This document shows positions 1 to 10,672 of a DNA stretch of 64,000 bases, piece by piece (the first letter of the stretch is position 1; every line of letters begins with the position of its first letter). This stretch comes from Alphaproteobacteria bacterium (GTDB lineage: Bacteria > Pseudomonadota > Alphaproteobacteria > SP197), in contig OZ245842.1 of NCBI GenBank assembly GCA_965228895.1, positions 2,016,001 through 2,080,000 on the forward strand, given 5' to 3'. Under the pieces are notes generated by a model that worked only from the letters and a program-made list of their open reading frames with translations, was not told the origin of the DNA and made no database searches. A program made the position numbers and the translations under genes.

Positions 1-1
1 C

Positions 2-253
2 GTACCGCATGTCGGCCAGCTCGGTGACGATCCCTCGGTCTGGCACGGTTTGGCCTATCATGGCGGCGGCGTTGCCTGGGCGACCTATAGCGGTCAGGCG
101 CTGGCGCGCATGATCGCCGGCAACGAGCCCGCCGATCGCTGGTTGAGCGCTGTGGTGCGCCAACCGCTGGTGAGGTTCCCCATGGCCGCTTGGCGCCTTT
201 GGTACCTGCGCGGCGCCTATGTGCTTTATGGCTTGAAGGACCGATACGGATGA
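2..253 (+). CDS. FAD-dependent oxidoreductase (DAO/PuuB-like), C-terminal fragment; 5' end outside window
   Basis: Open frame from base 2: VPHVGQLGDDPSVWHGLAYHGGGVAWATYSGQALA, matching the P.IG...GY.G.GV..A...G C-terminus of DAO-family enzymes. Confidence 0.7.
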   Translation, partial: VPHVGQLGDDPSVWHGLAYHGGGVAWATYSGQALARMIAGNEPADRWLSAVVRQPLVRFPMAAWRLWYLRGAYVLYGLKDRYG

Positions 254-942
254 GATGGCTGGTATTGTGCTCGATCCTGTTCTTGGCCGGATGTCCCGCC
301 CAGGGGCCGGCCGATGACACGTTCAATCTACGTTTTCGCTGGCTCAGCTACGTCCAGGGTGACGATATCCTGGCCCAGTGCACGCCGGGGGCGCCGGCAC
401 GCATTCGGCTCGTCTACAACGCCATCTTTACCGAAGAGGTCCGCACGTTTGACCTAACGGCGGTCGACCAGGGGGCAACCTCGATGGCGACCCGTCTGTG
501 GCGGGGGTCATCGGCGATAACGCTTAGGGAAGGCAAACTTAGTAGCGCCCTTGACCCTGCGGACGTGGGAGAGGCCTATATCGGGCCGGAAGAGACGCGT
601 GCGATCGTTAATGCGTTGGACGCCAGTGGTTTCTATGAACCGCCGCCCAACGGGCTGTTGTTGCGGTCCGACGACTTCTTCTGGGTGGGAATGGCCTGTA
701 TTGATGGTGAATTCATGGTCCAGGCCTATCCCAAGGACCAGTTTGGCCGCATCCGTTTTGCCGACCTTCTGGCCCAACTGGACCCCATCCAAAAATCTCT
801 GCCCCAGGCGAGGCCGCTCGATTTGCCGCCGCTCAACTCGGTCGGTAGCGGTGTGCCGCTTCGCCAGAAGGACGATTTGGAGGAGCTTTACTATCGAATC
901 GACGTGAAAGACGATCGTTTGGTTGCAAATTGGCGAACGTAA
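250..942 (+). CDS. Hypothetical lipoprotein
   Basis: ATG at 250 overlaps the upstream stop (ATGA); MRWLVLCSILFLAGC is a signal peptide with LAGC lipobox. Confidence 0.7.
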   Translation: MRWLVLCSILFLAGCPAQGPADDTFNLRFRWLSYVQGDDILAQCTPGAPARIRLVYNAIFTEEVRTFDLTAVDQGATSMATRLWRGSSAITLREGKLSSALDPADVGEAYIGPEETRAIVNALDASGFYEPPPNGLLLRSDDFFWVGMACIDGEFMVQAYPKDQFGRIRFADLLAQLDPIQKSLPQARPLDLPPLNSVGSGVPLRQKDDLEELYYRIDVKDDRLVANWRT

Positions 943-965
943 TTCAACCGTCACCAAATTTTTTG

Positions 966-1039
966 TGCACTGCAACAAAAATGAGATTGACGAACGGCAT
1001 AATCCTCCTCATATAGCTGGTAATGCTGCAGTGCAGCAT
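966..1039. promoter_or_regulatory. Putative PhaR (PHA-responsive repressor) operator sites upstream of the phasin gene
   Basis: TGCACTGCAACA at 966-977 and palindrome ATGCTGCA-G-TGCAGCAT at 1023-1039; TGC-N3-GCA boxes are typical of alphaproteobacterial phaP promoters. Confidence 0.6.
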
Positions 1040-1084
1040 AACAGATTCAACAGCATTCCAGCGTATTCCAGAGGAGGGATCGAC

Positions 1085-1612
1085 ATGGCTACTGCAAAGA
1101 CCAAACAGGCTGTGCCTGAGTTCGATACCGCGGTTGACGCGGGTACCAAAGTTGCCGAAACCGTGATCAAGGCCAACACCGAGGCCTGCAAGAAGGGTTA
1201 CGAGACCCTGGTCAGCATGGGCCGCGAGGCCGTTGATGCGGCTTCGAAGGCGAGTTCAAACGTGCAGGGTTTTGAGCAGGTCGCCGATTACCCCAAAGCC
1301 AACTTTGAAGCCGTTGTCGAGGCCGGTTCGGTCGTCGCGCGCGGCGTCGAGGAGTGCAATGGCCGGGTGATCGATATGGCGAAGTCGAACCTTGAGGACG
1401 GCCTTGCCGCGCAGAAGGCGCTGTTTGGCGCCAAGACGTTCCAGGAAGCCGTCGAAATCCAGTCCGGCTTTATGCGCAAGGCTGCCGAGCGCGCCATGAG
1501 CGAGAGCGCCGCGATTTCCGGTATGTGGATGAAGATGGCGAGCGATGCCGCCCAGCCGCTGGCTCAGCGGGTCAACAAGACCGTTGAAGAGGTCTCCAAG
1601 ACCGCTGCCTGA
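1085..1612 (+). CDS. Phasin family protein (PHA granule-associated)
   Basis: GGAGGG RBS before ATG 1085; Ala-rich helical protein with [11 protein letters not shown]...[17 protein letters not shown]...AAQPLAQRV phasin-like pattern. Confidence 0.85.
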   Translation: MATAKTKQAVPEFDTAVDAGTKVAETVIKANTEACKKGYETLVSMGREAVDAASKASSNVQGFEQVADYPKANFEAVVEAGSVVARGVEECNGRVIDMAKSNLEDGLAAQKALFGAKTFQEAVEIQSGFMRKAAERAMSESAAISGMWMKMASDAAQPLAQRVNKTVEEVSKTAA

Positions 1613-1635
1613 TTTCAGGTGTGAGGACGTTCAAG

Positions 1636-1669
1636 AGGCCCGGAACGGCAACGTTCCGGGCCTTTTTTT
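1636..1669 (+). terminator. Rho-independent terminator
   Basis: AGGCCCGGAACG-GCAA-CGTTCCGGGCCT followed by a T run. Confidence 0.9.
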
Positions 1670-1769
1670 GTCCCCTGTCAACCCTTTCCAATTTGACATC
1701 AACACCCAATATTATGAGCCTGTCGCCTTGAAGCGACGGCACAATCTGGAACGGCACCCAATCCATCTG

Positions 1770-2096
1770 ATGGCGGACGACAACAGACGCGACGACGATC
1801 GCCCAGAAACGGGCATCGTCACAAAGACGCGGCAAAAAACCAAAAAACCGTCCATGTACAAGGTCATCCTCTTGAACGATGACTACACGCCCATGGAGTT
1901 TGTCGTGCACGTTCTGCAAAAGTTCTTTCACAAAGGCCATGACGACGCCGTGCAGATCATGCTGCATGTGCACCAACGCGGCGTCGGCATCTGCGGCGTC
2001 TACCCGTTCGACGTCGCCGAGACCAAAGTGACCCAAGTCATAGACTACGCACGACAGAACGAGCATCCTTTGCAAGCCACGCTGGAAAAGGAGTAG
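1770..2096 (+). CDS. clpS: ATP-dependent Clp protease adaptor ClpS
   Basis: [21 protein letters not shown]...[21 protein letters not shown]...HPLQATLE; directly upstream of clpA. Confidence 0.97.
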   Translation: MADDNRRDDDRPETGIVTKTRQKTKKPSMYKVILLNDDYTPMEFVVHVLQKFFHKGHDDAVQIMLHVHQRGVGICGVYPFDVAETKVTQVIDYARQNEHPLQATLEKE

Positions 2097-2103
2097 GCCG
2101 TCC

Positions 2104-4437
2104 ATGTTGTCGGCAAACCTGGAAAAGACACTGCGCGCGGCCCTGGCACTCGCTAACGAGCGCCAGCACGAGTACGCGACCCTGGAGCATCTGCTCCTGG
2201 CGCTGCTTGATGACGACGACGCGATCGCCGTCATGAAGGCGTGCAACGTGGAGGTCAAGGCGCTGCGCGAAGAGGTCGAGGACTTCGTCGACAACGACCT
2301 TCAGGGTTTGGTGGTTGACGGGTTTGTCGAGGCGAAACCGACGGCCGGTTTCCAGCGCGCTTTGCATCGCGCCGCCATGCATGTCCAGTCGTCGGGCCGT
2401 GACGAGGTGACCGGCGCCAATGTGTTGGTGGCGCTGTTCTCCGAGCGCGAAAGCCACGCCGTCTATTTCCTGCAGCAGCACGACATGACGCGCTTGGATG
2501 CGGTCAGCTATATCAGCCACGGCGTCGCCAAAGTGCCCGGCCAGTCCGAGCCGAAGACCGTGCGCGGTGCCGAGGATGAGGAGGAACAGGTCAAGCAGGG
2601 CGCCGAAGCGCTCGATGCCTATTGCGTCAACCTCAACGAAAAGGCCAAGAGCGGGCGTATCGATCCGCTTGTCGGTCGCGAGATGGAAGTCGAGCGCACG
2701 ATCCAGGTCTTGTGCCGGCGCACCAAGAACAACCCGCTTTATGTCGGCGATCCCGGCGTCGGCAAGACGGCCATCGCCGAAGGGTTGGCGAAACGGATCG
2801 TCGAGCACGATGTGCCCGATGTGCTGCAAGACGCCATCATCTATGCGCTCGACATGGGCGCGCTTTTGGCCGGCACGCGCTATCGCGGCGACTTCGAGGA
2901 GCGGCTGAAGGCGGTCGTGAGTGAGCTTGAGGCCGATCCCAACGCCATCATGTTTATCGACGAGATCCATACGGTGATCGGCGCCGGCGCGACGTCCGGC
3001 GGCGCGATGGATGCGTCGAACATGCTGAAGCCGGCGCTGCAATCGGGCACGCTGCGCTGCATGGGTTCAACGACGTACAAGGAATACCGCAACTACTTTG
3101 AGAAGGACCGGGCGCTGGCGCGCCGCTTCCAGAAGATCGATGTGGTGGAGCCCAGCGTTCCCGACGCGATCAAGATCCTTAAGGGCCTGAAACCCTATTA
3201 CGAGGAGTTTCACCAGATCCGCTATACCCAGGACGCGATCAAGGCGGCTGTCGAGCTGGCCGACAAGTACCTGCACGACCGCAAGCTGCCCGATAAGGCG
3301 ATCGACGTCATGGACGAGGTGGGCGCCGCCCAGATGCTGGTGCCGGCCAACAAACGGCGCAAGACGATCGGCGTGCGCGAGGTCGAGAACGTCATCGCGC
3401 GCATGGCCCGCGTCCCGCCGAGGAACGTTTCGCGCCAGGACAAGGCTTCCCTGGCGACCCTGTCGGAAGACCTCAAGAAGGTCGTCTTTGGTCAGGATTC
3501 GGCGATCGACTCGCTGGCCGACGCCATCAAGCTGTCGCGCGCCGGCTTGCGCGAGCCCGAGAAGCCGATCGGCAGCTATCTCTTCGCCGGCCCGACCGGT
3601 GTCGGCAAGACCGAGGTCGCGCGCCAGTTGGCGCACATCTCCGGTGTCGAGCTGGTGCGTTTCGACATGTCCGAATACATGGAGCGCCATACGGTATCGC
3701 GCCTGATCGGCGCGCCGCCGGGTTATGTCGGTTTCGACCAGGGCGGTCTTCTGACCGATGCGGTCGACCAGAACCCCCATGTCGTCCTGCTGCTGGACGA
3801 GGTCGAAAAGGCCCATCCCGATCTCTTCAACGTGCTCCTGCAGATCATGGACTACGGCAAGCTGACCGATCACAACGGCAAGAAGATCGACTTCCGCAAC
3901 GTCGTCTTGATCATGACCACCAATGCCGGCGCCGCCGACATGGCGAAGCCGCCGATCGGTTTCGGCCGCTCGCGCCGCGAGGGCGAGGACGAGGAGGCGA
4001 TCGAGAAGCTCTTCACGCCGGAGTTCCGCAATCGGCTCGACGCGGTCATCCGCTTTGACCCGCTCAGCCCCGAAACGATCGGCTTCGTCGTCGACAAGTT
4101 TGTCGGCGAACTGGAAGCCCAACTCGCCGACCGCGGTGTCACGATCGAGCTGTCCGACGAAGCGCGCACCTGGCTCGGCAAGCACGGTTATGACGAGCGG
4201 TTCGGCGCGCGTCCGTTGGCCCGTGTTATCCAGGAGCACGTGAAGAAACCATTGGCCGACGAACTGTTGTTCGGCGAGCTTCAGGGTGGCGGGCGTGTCC
4301 GTGTTGTCGTCGATGCCGCCGACAAGCTCGACTTCGAGCTGGTCACCCAGGATTTCCTGAAGGGCAAGACCAAGAACTCGAAACGCAGCACCCGCAAGGG
4401 TGACGGCGGTTCAGGCAAGGAACTGGTCAAGGGTTGA
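2104..4437 (+). CDS. clpA: ATP-dependent Clp protease ATP-binding subunit ClpA
   Basis: Two Walker A motifs ([16 protein letters not shown]), [28 protein letters not shown] loop. Confidence 0.97.
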   Translation: MLSANLEKTLRAALALANERQHEYATLEHLLLALLDDDDAIAVMKACNVEVKALREEVEDFVDNDLQGLVVDGFVEAKPTAGFQRALHRAAMHVQSSGRDEVTGANVLVALFSERESHAVYFLQQHDMTRLDAVSYISHGVAKVPGQSEPKTVRGAEDEEEQVKQGAEALDAYCVNLNEKAKSGRIDPLVGREMEVERTIQVLCRRTKNNPLYVGDPGVGKTAIAEGLAKRIVEHDVPDVLQDAIIYALDMGALLAGTRYRGDFEERLKAVVSELEADPNAIMFIDEIHTVIGAGATSGGAMDASNMLKPALQSGTLRCMGSTTYKEYRNYFEKDRALARRFQKIDVVEPSVPDAIKILKGLKPYYEEFHQIRYTQDAIKAAVELADKYLHDRKLPDKAIDVMDEVGAAQMLVPANKRRKTIGVREVENVIARMARVPPRNVSRQDKASLATLSEDLKKVVFGQDSAIDSLADAIKLSRAGLREPEKPIGSYLFAGPTGVGKTEVARQLAHISGVELVRFDMSEYMERHTVSRLIGAPPGYVGFDQGGLLTDAVDQNPHVVLLLDEVEKAHPDLFNVLLQIMDYGKLTDHNGKKIDFRNVVLIMTTNAGAADMAKPPIGFGRSRREGEDEEAIEKLFTPEFRNRLDAVIRFDPLSPETIGFVVDKFVGELEAQLADRGVTIELSDEARTWLGKHGYDERFGARPLARVIQEHVKKPLADELLFGELQGGGRVRVVVDAADKLDFELVTQDFLKGKTKNSKRSTRKGDGGSGKELVKG

Positions 4438-4447
4438 CCTGACCCGT

Positions 4448-5620
4448 TCAGCCGCTCTCGTCGCGTCGGAACGGCGTGAACTCACGCAAGATGGCCTCGA
4501 CTTCCCAGTCGACGTGGCGCGTTTCTTCTTTCAGAAAACGCGCGACCGCGTCGCGCAGCCCTTCATGGGTGATCCAATGGGCCGAATAGGTGCGCACCGG
4601 TAGATAACCGCGCTGGATCTTGTGTTCGCCCTGGGCGCCCGCCTCGACGCGCTGGAGGCCGTTGGCGATGGCGAAGTCGACGGCCTGGTAGTAGCAGGCT
4701 TCGAAATGCAAAAACCGGTGATCTTCGATGCAGCCCCAATAGCGGCCGTAGAGCGTGTCGGCGCCGGCCAGGTTCAGCGCACCTGCGATCAAGCGGCCCT
4801 GACGTCGGTAGAGGAAAAGGACCACCTTGTCGCCGAGCCGTTCGGTCAGAACGTCAAAGAAGTCTCGCGTCAGATAGGGCGTGCCCCACTTGCGGTTGCC
4901 GGTGTCCATATAGAAGCCGTAGAAGGCATCCCAGTGCTCGTCGCCAATGGCTGAGCCGCGCAGCACCTCAAACTCGATATCGCTTTCCTTGATGGCGCGC
5001 CGTTCCTTGCGGATCGCTTTGCGTTTGCGTGACGAGAGCGCGCCCAAAAAGTCGTCGAAGCACGTGTAGTCCTGGTTCTCCCAATGGAACTGCACGCCGG
5101 TGCGCTGGAGATAGCCCAGATCACCCATGGTGTCCCATTCGTCCGGGGTGGTGAAGTTGACGTGGACGGATGAGAGATCAGCCTGGATCGCGATTTGCGC
5201 CAGCGCCAAGCCGAGAACCCGGCGTAGTGCCGGCGCGCCCGGACCATCACCTGCCAACAGGCGCGGGCCCGGCACCGGCGAAAACGGCACCGCGACCAGC
5301 AGCTTGGGATAATACTGCCCGCCGGCGCGCTCAAAGGCGTTGGCCCAGCCGTAATCGAAGACATACTCGCCCTGGGAATGCGATTTAATGTAGGCGGGTG
5401 CGGCCGCGACGAGTTGGTTCTCGGCGTTTTCGACGACGACATGGCTTGGCATCCAGCCGGTCTCGCGCGTTGCCGAGCCGCTGTCTTCGAGCGCCGACAG
5501 GAAACCGTGGCTGACAAAAGGATTGGCCGCGCCGGCGCACGCATCCCATGCCGCCCGGTCGATGTCAGCCATCGACCCCACGGTCCGGACGGTCAGGTTG
5601 TCGCGATCGCTATCGCCCAT
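4448..5620 (-). CDS. GNAT/FemAB-like N-acetyltransferase (COG3146-type)
   Basis: HSQGEYVFDYGWA, YYPKL..AVPFSPVPGPR, LYGRYWG, LHFEACYYQ, EAGAQGEHK motifs. Confidence 0.88.
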   Translation of the reverse strand: MGDSDRDNLTVRTVGSMADIDRAAWDACAGAANPFVSHGFLSALEDSGSATRETGWMPSHVVVENAENQLVAAAPAYIKSHSQGEYVFDYGWANAFERAGGQYYPKLLVAVPFSPVPGPRLLAGDGPGAPALRRVLGLALAQIAIQADLSSVHVNFTTPDEWDTMGDLGYLQRTGVQFHWENQDYTCFDDFLGALSSRKRKAIRKERRAIKESDIEFEVLRGSAIGDEHWDAFYGFYMDTGNRKWGTPYLTRDFFDVLTERLGDKVVLFLYRRQGRLIAGALNLAGADTLYGRYWGCIEDHRFLHFEACYYQAVDFAIANGLQRVEAGAQGEHKIQRGYLPVRTYSAHWITHEGLRDAVARFLKEETRHVDWEVEAILREFTPFRRDESG

Positions 5621-5746
5621 GTCTGCCGGTTTTCATCCACGTGTCGTTCTTGCTGTTCGCAGCCGGCGGCCCGGCGGATTACCGTCACATTCTAACATGG
5701 AGATCGGGGCCCGCATGTGACAGCGCGGTCACGCTTGGGCGAGACG

Positions 5747-7381
5747 CTAGTCGGGAAGCGGGCCGGATGCCGAGATGTCGCGGATATCTGTGAGGACGTG
5801 GATGAGGCTGGCGCCGTTGTGCTCGACGGCGGCATCGAAGGCTGGCCCGAACTCGGCGGTGGTGTGCACTGTCCAGGTCGCCGCGCCATAGCCCTTGCCG
5901 AGCATGGCAAAGTCCGGACTGACCATATCGACACCTTCGTAGTTGCCGGCGCCGGCATAGCGGTGTTGGTGCATCTTGATGGTGCCGTAGGTCGCGTTGT
6001 CGACGACGATGACGATGATGGGCAGATCGTACTGCACGGCCGTCGCGATCTCCTGGCCGGTCATCAGGAAGCCGCCGTCGCCGGCGAAGGCGACGACCTT
6101 GGCATGGGGTTTGGCGAGTTGGGCGCCGACGGCAGCCGGCACGCCATAGCCCATGGCGCCGGCCATCGGGCCGGCCTGGCTGTCAGGGAAACGATGGCGC
6201 GCATAACGATGCAGCCACGTAGCGAAGTTGCCGGCATCGTTGGTCAGCACGTGATCGGTATCGGCTAGGCGGTGATCGATATGGCGCATGACGTCGGCCA
6301 TGTCGACGGCCCCCAAGGCCTCGGGCGAATTGGCCTGGAAACCTTCAAACGCGGCGCGCAGACCTTCTTGCCACAGGACACGGGCCTCGTCGGGCGTCGT
6401 AACGCGGCTTGCGAGCCCCTGGAGGACCGATCCGACATCGGCGACGATCTGCAGGCCGGCGCCCGTGTTCGCCAAAACATCGGCGTCGGGGTGGATGTGG
6501 ATCATGGGCTTGCCCGTGTGGAGCAGCCGGTAGTCGTCGGACGTGACCGCGTCCATGCGGCTGCCGGCGACGATGACCAAGTCGGCCTCGTCCCAGGCGC
6601 GTTTCAGGTGGGGCGGGCGGCCCAAACCAAACAGGCCAACAAAGGCGGGATGGTCGTTGTTGATGGCGTCCTGACAGCGGAATGCGGTGACGACCGCCGC
6701 GCCGGACGCTGTCGCCAGCGCGGCGAGCTTGGCGGTCGATGCTTCGGCTTTCACGATCTCGCCGCCGATAATCAAGACGCGCTCGGCCCGGTCGATCATC
6801 GCCGCGGCCTCGTCCAGAACCTCGGGTGCCGCGGCCGCGACAGGGTGTGGTGCGCGCTCGGGTGTGGTGACATCGCCGGCGTCCGCCTCGGTCACGTCCT
6901 CCGGCAGGACGACAACGACCGGGCCGGGCCGGCCGGCCATGGCGAGCGACAGCGCATGAGCGGTGACCCGCGCAACATCCTCCGGACCGGCGGGTTCCAG
7001 GACCGCCTTTGTCATCGAGCCGAAGACCTGGCGATAGTCCATTTTCTGAAAGGACTCGTGGTCGAATTCGGCACGCGGCACCTGGCCGATAAAGAGCACC
7101 AGAGGGATCGAGTCCTGGTCGGCGGTATGCACGCCGATCGAGGCGTTGGTTGCGCCGGGTCCGCGGCTGACAAAGGCGCAACCGGGCCGCCGGCCGATCT
7201 TGGCATAGGCATTGGCGGCGAAGCTTGCGCCGGACTCATGGCGGTTCACCACCAGGCGGATGGCGTTGGCGTTCTTGCGCAGGCCCTCCAGCACCGCCAG
7301 ATAACTCTCGCCGGGCACACAGAAAACCGTCTCCACGCCGTGACTGACCAGCGTGGCAACCAACGCGTCGCCGCCGTTCAT
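5747..7381 (-). CDS. Thiamine-pyrophosphate-dependent enzyme (acetolactate synthase large subunit-like)
   Basis: FCVPGESYL, RHESGA, SRGPGATN, TPP motif GDGGFLM...DNATYG. Confidence 0.9.
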   Translation of the reverse strand: MNGGDALVATLVSHGVETVFCVPGESYLAVLEGLRKNANAIRLVVNRHESGASFAANAYAKIGRRPGCAFVSRGPGATNASIGVHTADQDSIPLVLFIGQVPRAEFDHESFQKMDYRQVFGSMTKAVLEPAGPEDVARVTAHALSLAMAGRPGPVVVVLPEDVTEADAGDVTTPERAPHPVAAAAPEVLDEAAAMIDRAERVLIIGGEIVKAEASTAKLAALATASGAAVVTAFRCQDAINNDHPAFVGLFGLGRPPHLKRAWDEADLVIVAGSRMDAVTSDDYRLLHTGKPMIHIHPDADVLANTGAGLQIVADVGSVLQGLASRVTTPDEARVLWQEGLRAAFEGFQANSPEALGAVDMADVMRHIDHRLADTDHVLTNDAGNFATWLHRYARHRFPDSQAGPMAGAMGYGVPAAVGAQLAKPHAKVVAFAGDGGFLMTGQEIATAVQYDLPIIVIVVDNATYGTIKMHQHRYAGAGNYEGVDMVSPDFAMLGKGYGAATWTVHTTAEFGPAFDAAVEHNGASLIHVLTDIRDISASGPLPD

Positions 7382-7384
7382 CGC

Positions 7385-7852
7385 TCAGGCGATCTCGAAA
7401 ATGGCGTCGACCTCGACCGCCACGTTCAGCGGTAGGGCAGGGGCGCCGACCGCGGCGCGGGCGTGGCGACCGGCATCGCCCAGTACCTCGACCATCAGGT
7501 CCGACGCACCGTTGATCACCTTGGGGTGGTCGTGGAAGTCGCCGCTAGCGTTGACGAAACCGCCCAGACGGACGCAGCGTTTCACCTTGTCCAGGTCGCC
7601 GCCACACGCCGCCTTGACCTGGGCCAGGATGTTGAGCGCGCACAAACGCGCGGCCTGGTAACCCTCATCGACGCTGAAATCCTGGCCGACCTTGCCCTGA
7701 TACTTGAGCTCGCCGTTCAACAGTGTGATCTGACCGGCGACAAAGACGTGGTTGCCGCTGACGACGTAGGGTACGTAATTGGCGGCGGGCGCCGCGGCCT
7801 CGGGCAGCTCGATGCCCAGTTCCTTCAGGCGTGCGTCAATCTGACCGGTCAT
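7385..7852 (-). CDS. RidA/YjgF family protein
   Basis: Start at MTGQIDARLKELG; AANYVPYV, INGASDL, GRHARAAVG, LPLNVAVEVD. Confidence 0.92.
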   Translation of the reverse strand: MTGQIDARLKELGIELPEAAAPAANYVPYVVSGNHVFVAGQITLLNGELKYQGKVGQDFSVDEGYQAARLCALNILAQVKAACGGDLDKVKRCVRLGGFVNASGDFHDHPKVINGASDLMVEVLGDAGRHARAAVGAPALPLNVAVEVDAIFEIA

Positions 7853-7907
7853 GGTGCTGTCCTCGCTGTCTGTCGGTAAGGTGTTGGCGCTCGAATAAGG
7901 AGTTTGC

Positions 7908-8825
7908 GTGGGCAAGTCAATCAACGCGCCATCCGCTCCCGAAAGCGAGGCCCAACGGGTCGTTCTCGGCATCGCGAGCGTCGCGACGGGCGCCGTCGGG
8001 TTTGGCTTGCTGCCGCTGTTCCTCTACTGGTCTTTCGAAGGCGGCATGTCGCCGGAAGCGGGCCTGATCTGGCGCTATGGCGGGGGCTTGGTGCTGATGG
8101 CGCCGCTGACAATATGGCTGGGCGCCAGGGCGTGGCGACATGGCGCGCGCGCGTTCTGCGCCGGCCTTTCCATAGGGCTCGGAACTGTCTCCCTATTTCA
8201 CAGCTATGCCAGCCTGCCGGTCACTCTGGTGATCCTTATCTTCTACACCTACCCGGCTTTCACCCTGATCTTCGCCCGGCTCTTTTTTGCAAGGCCGATT
8301 ACACCGCGTTTCTTGGCTGCGGTCGCGCTGGTTTTCCTCGCGGCGGCGCTGATCGTCCGCCCGGACGGGAACGCCGGCATCACGGTTCCCGCGCTCCTGT
8401 TCGCGTTTCTCGGGCCCGTCGGATTTGCCGGTTACCTGACGCTGGCGGCCGAAATCAGCCCGACGGCGCACATGGCCGCCAGGATCAATGCGGTCAACCT
8501 GGGCGCCTTGCTGGTGGCCCTGCCGCTGGCTGCCTTTGTTCTGGAGACACTGGTACCGGTCAACGAGATCGGATGGCTGGGCGCGCTATGTCTGGCTCTG
8601 GTCACGGGCGTGATGTCGAATGCGCTTAACCTGTTCGGTGCATCGCTGGCAGGCGGTGTCCGCGCCGCCATTGCCGGCAGTGCGGAACTGGTGACCGCCA
8701 TCTTGGTGGGGCTGGTGATCTTCGACGAGCGCTTTACCTGGCCCTATCTGATCTGCGCGGTATTGCTTGTGGCCGCTGTCGGCCTTTCTCTGCCAGGCCG
8801 GCAACAAGCCGAAGGTCTACGCTAG
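7908..8825 (+). CDS. DMT/EamA family transporter
   Basis: About 10 hydrophobic segments, IFYTYPAFT and AELVTAILVG..IFDE EamA-like motifs. Confidence 0.8.
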   Translation: MGKSINAPSAPESEAQRVVLGIASVATGAVGFGLLPLFLYWSFEGGMSPEAGLIWRYGGGLVLMAPLTIWLGARAWRHGARAFCAGLSIGLGTVSLFHSYASLPVTLVILIFYTYPAFTLIFARLFFARPITPRFLAAVALVFLAAALIVRPDGNAGITVPALLFAFLGPVGFAGYLTLAAEISPTAHMAARINAVNLGALLVALPLAAFVLETLVPVNEIGWLGALCLALVTGVMSNALNLFGASLAGGVRAAIAGSAELVTAILVGLVIFDERFTWPYLICAVLLVAAVGLSLPGRQQAEGLR

Positions 8826-9790
8826 ACGACCCGGTCAGGAGGCTCCTTGCCGGCAAAGAAGGCGTCAAGGTTATCGAGCGCCCGGAAACCCATGGCGTCG
8901 CGGGTTTCCCGGGTCGCGCTGCCCAGGTGGGGCAACAGGAAGGCATTGTTGAGCTCACGGTAGCCTGGATGAATGTTCGGTTCGCCGTCATAGACGTCGA
9001 GGCCGGCGGCAAACAGCTTGCCGGATTTCAGAGCTGCGATCAGCGCCTCATCATCGACCACGTTGCCGCGCGCCGTGTTGACCACAATGGCATCGTCGGG
9101 AAGTTTGGCCAGCCGCTCGGCGTTGATCACCTTGATCGTCTCCGGCGATGACGGGCAGTGCACCGACAGAATGTTGCTGACCGCCAGCAGACCGTCGAGG
9201 TCCTCGTGGTATGCGGCACCCTTTTCCTTGTCGGCGGGCAGGCGCGAGCGGTTGTGGTAGTGCACGTCCATGCCGAAGCCGCGGGCGCGGTCGGCGAGCG
9301 CCTGGCCAATCCGGCCCATGCCCAGAATGCCGATCCGGTTTCCGGTCACCTCGATGCCGCGCATGCCGGTCGGCGCCCAGGCGCCCCAGGTCTGGTCATA
9401 GATCATGCGCTCGCCCTCTGCGGCGCGCCGGGCGGCGCCCAGGATCAGCAGCATGGCGATCTCGGCGGTGGCATCGGTCAAGACGTCCGGCGTGTTGGTC
9501 ACGGTGATGCCGCGCGCGGCTGCCGCCTGGCCATCGATATGCTCATGGCCCACCGAAAACGTGGCGATCACCTTGACGCTGTCGTCCAGGCCGTTGATGA
9601 CGTCGGCGGTCATCTTGTCGGTCGGGCAGGGCAGGATGGCATCGACGCCGGCGCTCCTGGCCACCAGCTCATCGCCGGGATAAAGTTGATCATCCGGGTT
9701 GAGGTCAGGGCGATAGTCATTCTTTAGTCGGGTTTCGACGTTATCAGGCAGGCGGCGTGTCACCAGGACGCGTGGTTTCTCGGACATCAT
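8822..9790 (-). CDS. D-2-hydroxyacid dehydrogenase (glyoxylate/hydroxypyruvate reductase, D-glycerate dehydrogenase)
   Basis: TNTPDVLT, GILGMGRIG, NTARG, GLDVYDGEP, PHLGSAT. Confidence 0.92.
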   Translation of the reverse strand: MMSEKPRVLVTRRLPDNVETRLKNDYRPDLNPDDQLYPGDELVARSAGVDAILPCPTDKMTADVINGLDDSVKVIATFSVGHEHIDGQAAAARGITVTNTPDVLTDATAEIAMLLILGAARRAAEGERMIYDQTWGAWAPTGMRGIEVTGNRIGILGMGRIGQALADRARGFGMDVHYHNRSRLPADKEKGAAYHEDLDGLLAVSNILSVHCPSSPETIKVINAERLAKLPDDAIVVNTARGNVVDDEALIAALKSGKLFAAGLDVYDGEPNIHPGYRELNNAFLLPHLGSATRETRDAMGFRALDNLDAFFAGKEPPDRVV

Positions 9791-9843
9791 GTAACTTTCC
9801 AGGGAAGATTGACCGGCGAATCGGCCGGCACCTTATTAGACAG

Positions 9844-10659
9844 ATGAAAAAACGCCAACGCTCCTGCTTCAGCCCACTGCCGGTCTGTTTTGCGGCCGTT
9901 CTTGCGCTTGTCACGGCACCATTCGCTGCCCAGGCCGCGGATATGCTGCCGCACCGCGCGGTCTACGAAATGAGTCTGGGCAAGTCGTCGGGTTCCAGCG
10001 GCGTCGTCTCGGTGCGCGGTACGCTCCTGCTGACCTGGGAGGAGACGTGCGAAGCGTGGCTGGTCGGCCAGCGGCTATTTCTGAAGGTGTCGCGCGATGA
10101 CGCCACGTTCGCCACCTCGTCAGCCTTTGACACTGTCGAAAGCAAAGACGGTCTGGACTTCTCGTTCGAGGACCGGACGGTCCGCGAGCCGGGCGGCGCC
10201 GAGTTCGCCAGCGGATCGGCACGCCTGGCAAGCCAGGGCGGTGACGGCTCGCTGGTCCTGGACGAGCCGGAACCCGGCCAGTTTGTTCTGCCAAAAGGGA
10301 CGATGTTCCCGACCGCGCAATTGATCGACATCCTGGCGCGTGCCGAAGCCGGCGAGCGGATCATCAATCATCTGGTCTATGACGGCACGGACGGGGCGGT
10401 CTTGTTCGACGTCACGACCGTGCTTGCCGAACCCAAAACGCAGACGCTGGAAGGCGAAGCGGGCGGCGAGGCGACGATCTGGCCCATGCGCCTGGCCTAT
10501 TACCCGCACGACACGGTCGACCCGCTTCCGCAGGTCGAAATCGGCGCCGACGTCCAGGACAACGGTGTCGCACACCGGCTGGTTTTCGACTACGGCACGT
10601 TCACTGTGGAGAGCGAGTTGACCGAGCTAGAACCACTGCCGAGGCCAGACTGTCCATAA
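9844..10659 (+). CDS. eipB: Cell envelope integrity protein, EipB (DUF1849) family
   Basis: Signal peptide then LPHRAVYEMSL, TCEAW, GTMFPT, YDGT, NGV..L.FDYG.F and terminal Cys. Confidence 0.8.
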   Translation: MKKRQRSCFSPLPVCFAAVLALVTAPFAAQAADMLPHRAVYEMSLGKSSGSSGVVSVRGTLLLTWEETCEAWLVGQRLFLKVSRDDATFATSSAFDTVESKDGLDFSFEDRTVREPGGAEFASGSARLASQGGDGSLVLDEPEPGQFVLPKGTMFPTAQLIDILARAEAGERIINHLVYDGTDGAVLFDVTTVLAEPKTQTLEGEAGGEATIWPMRLAYYPHDTVDPLPQVEIGADVQDNGVAHRLVFDYGTFTVESELTELEPLPRPDCP

Positions 10660-10672
10660 CTGGCCGGCGGTA

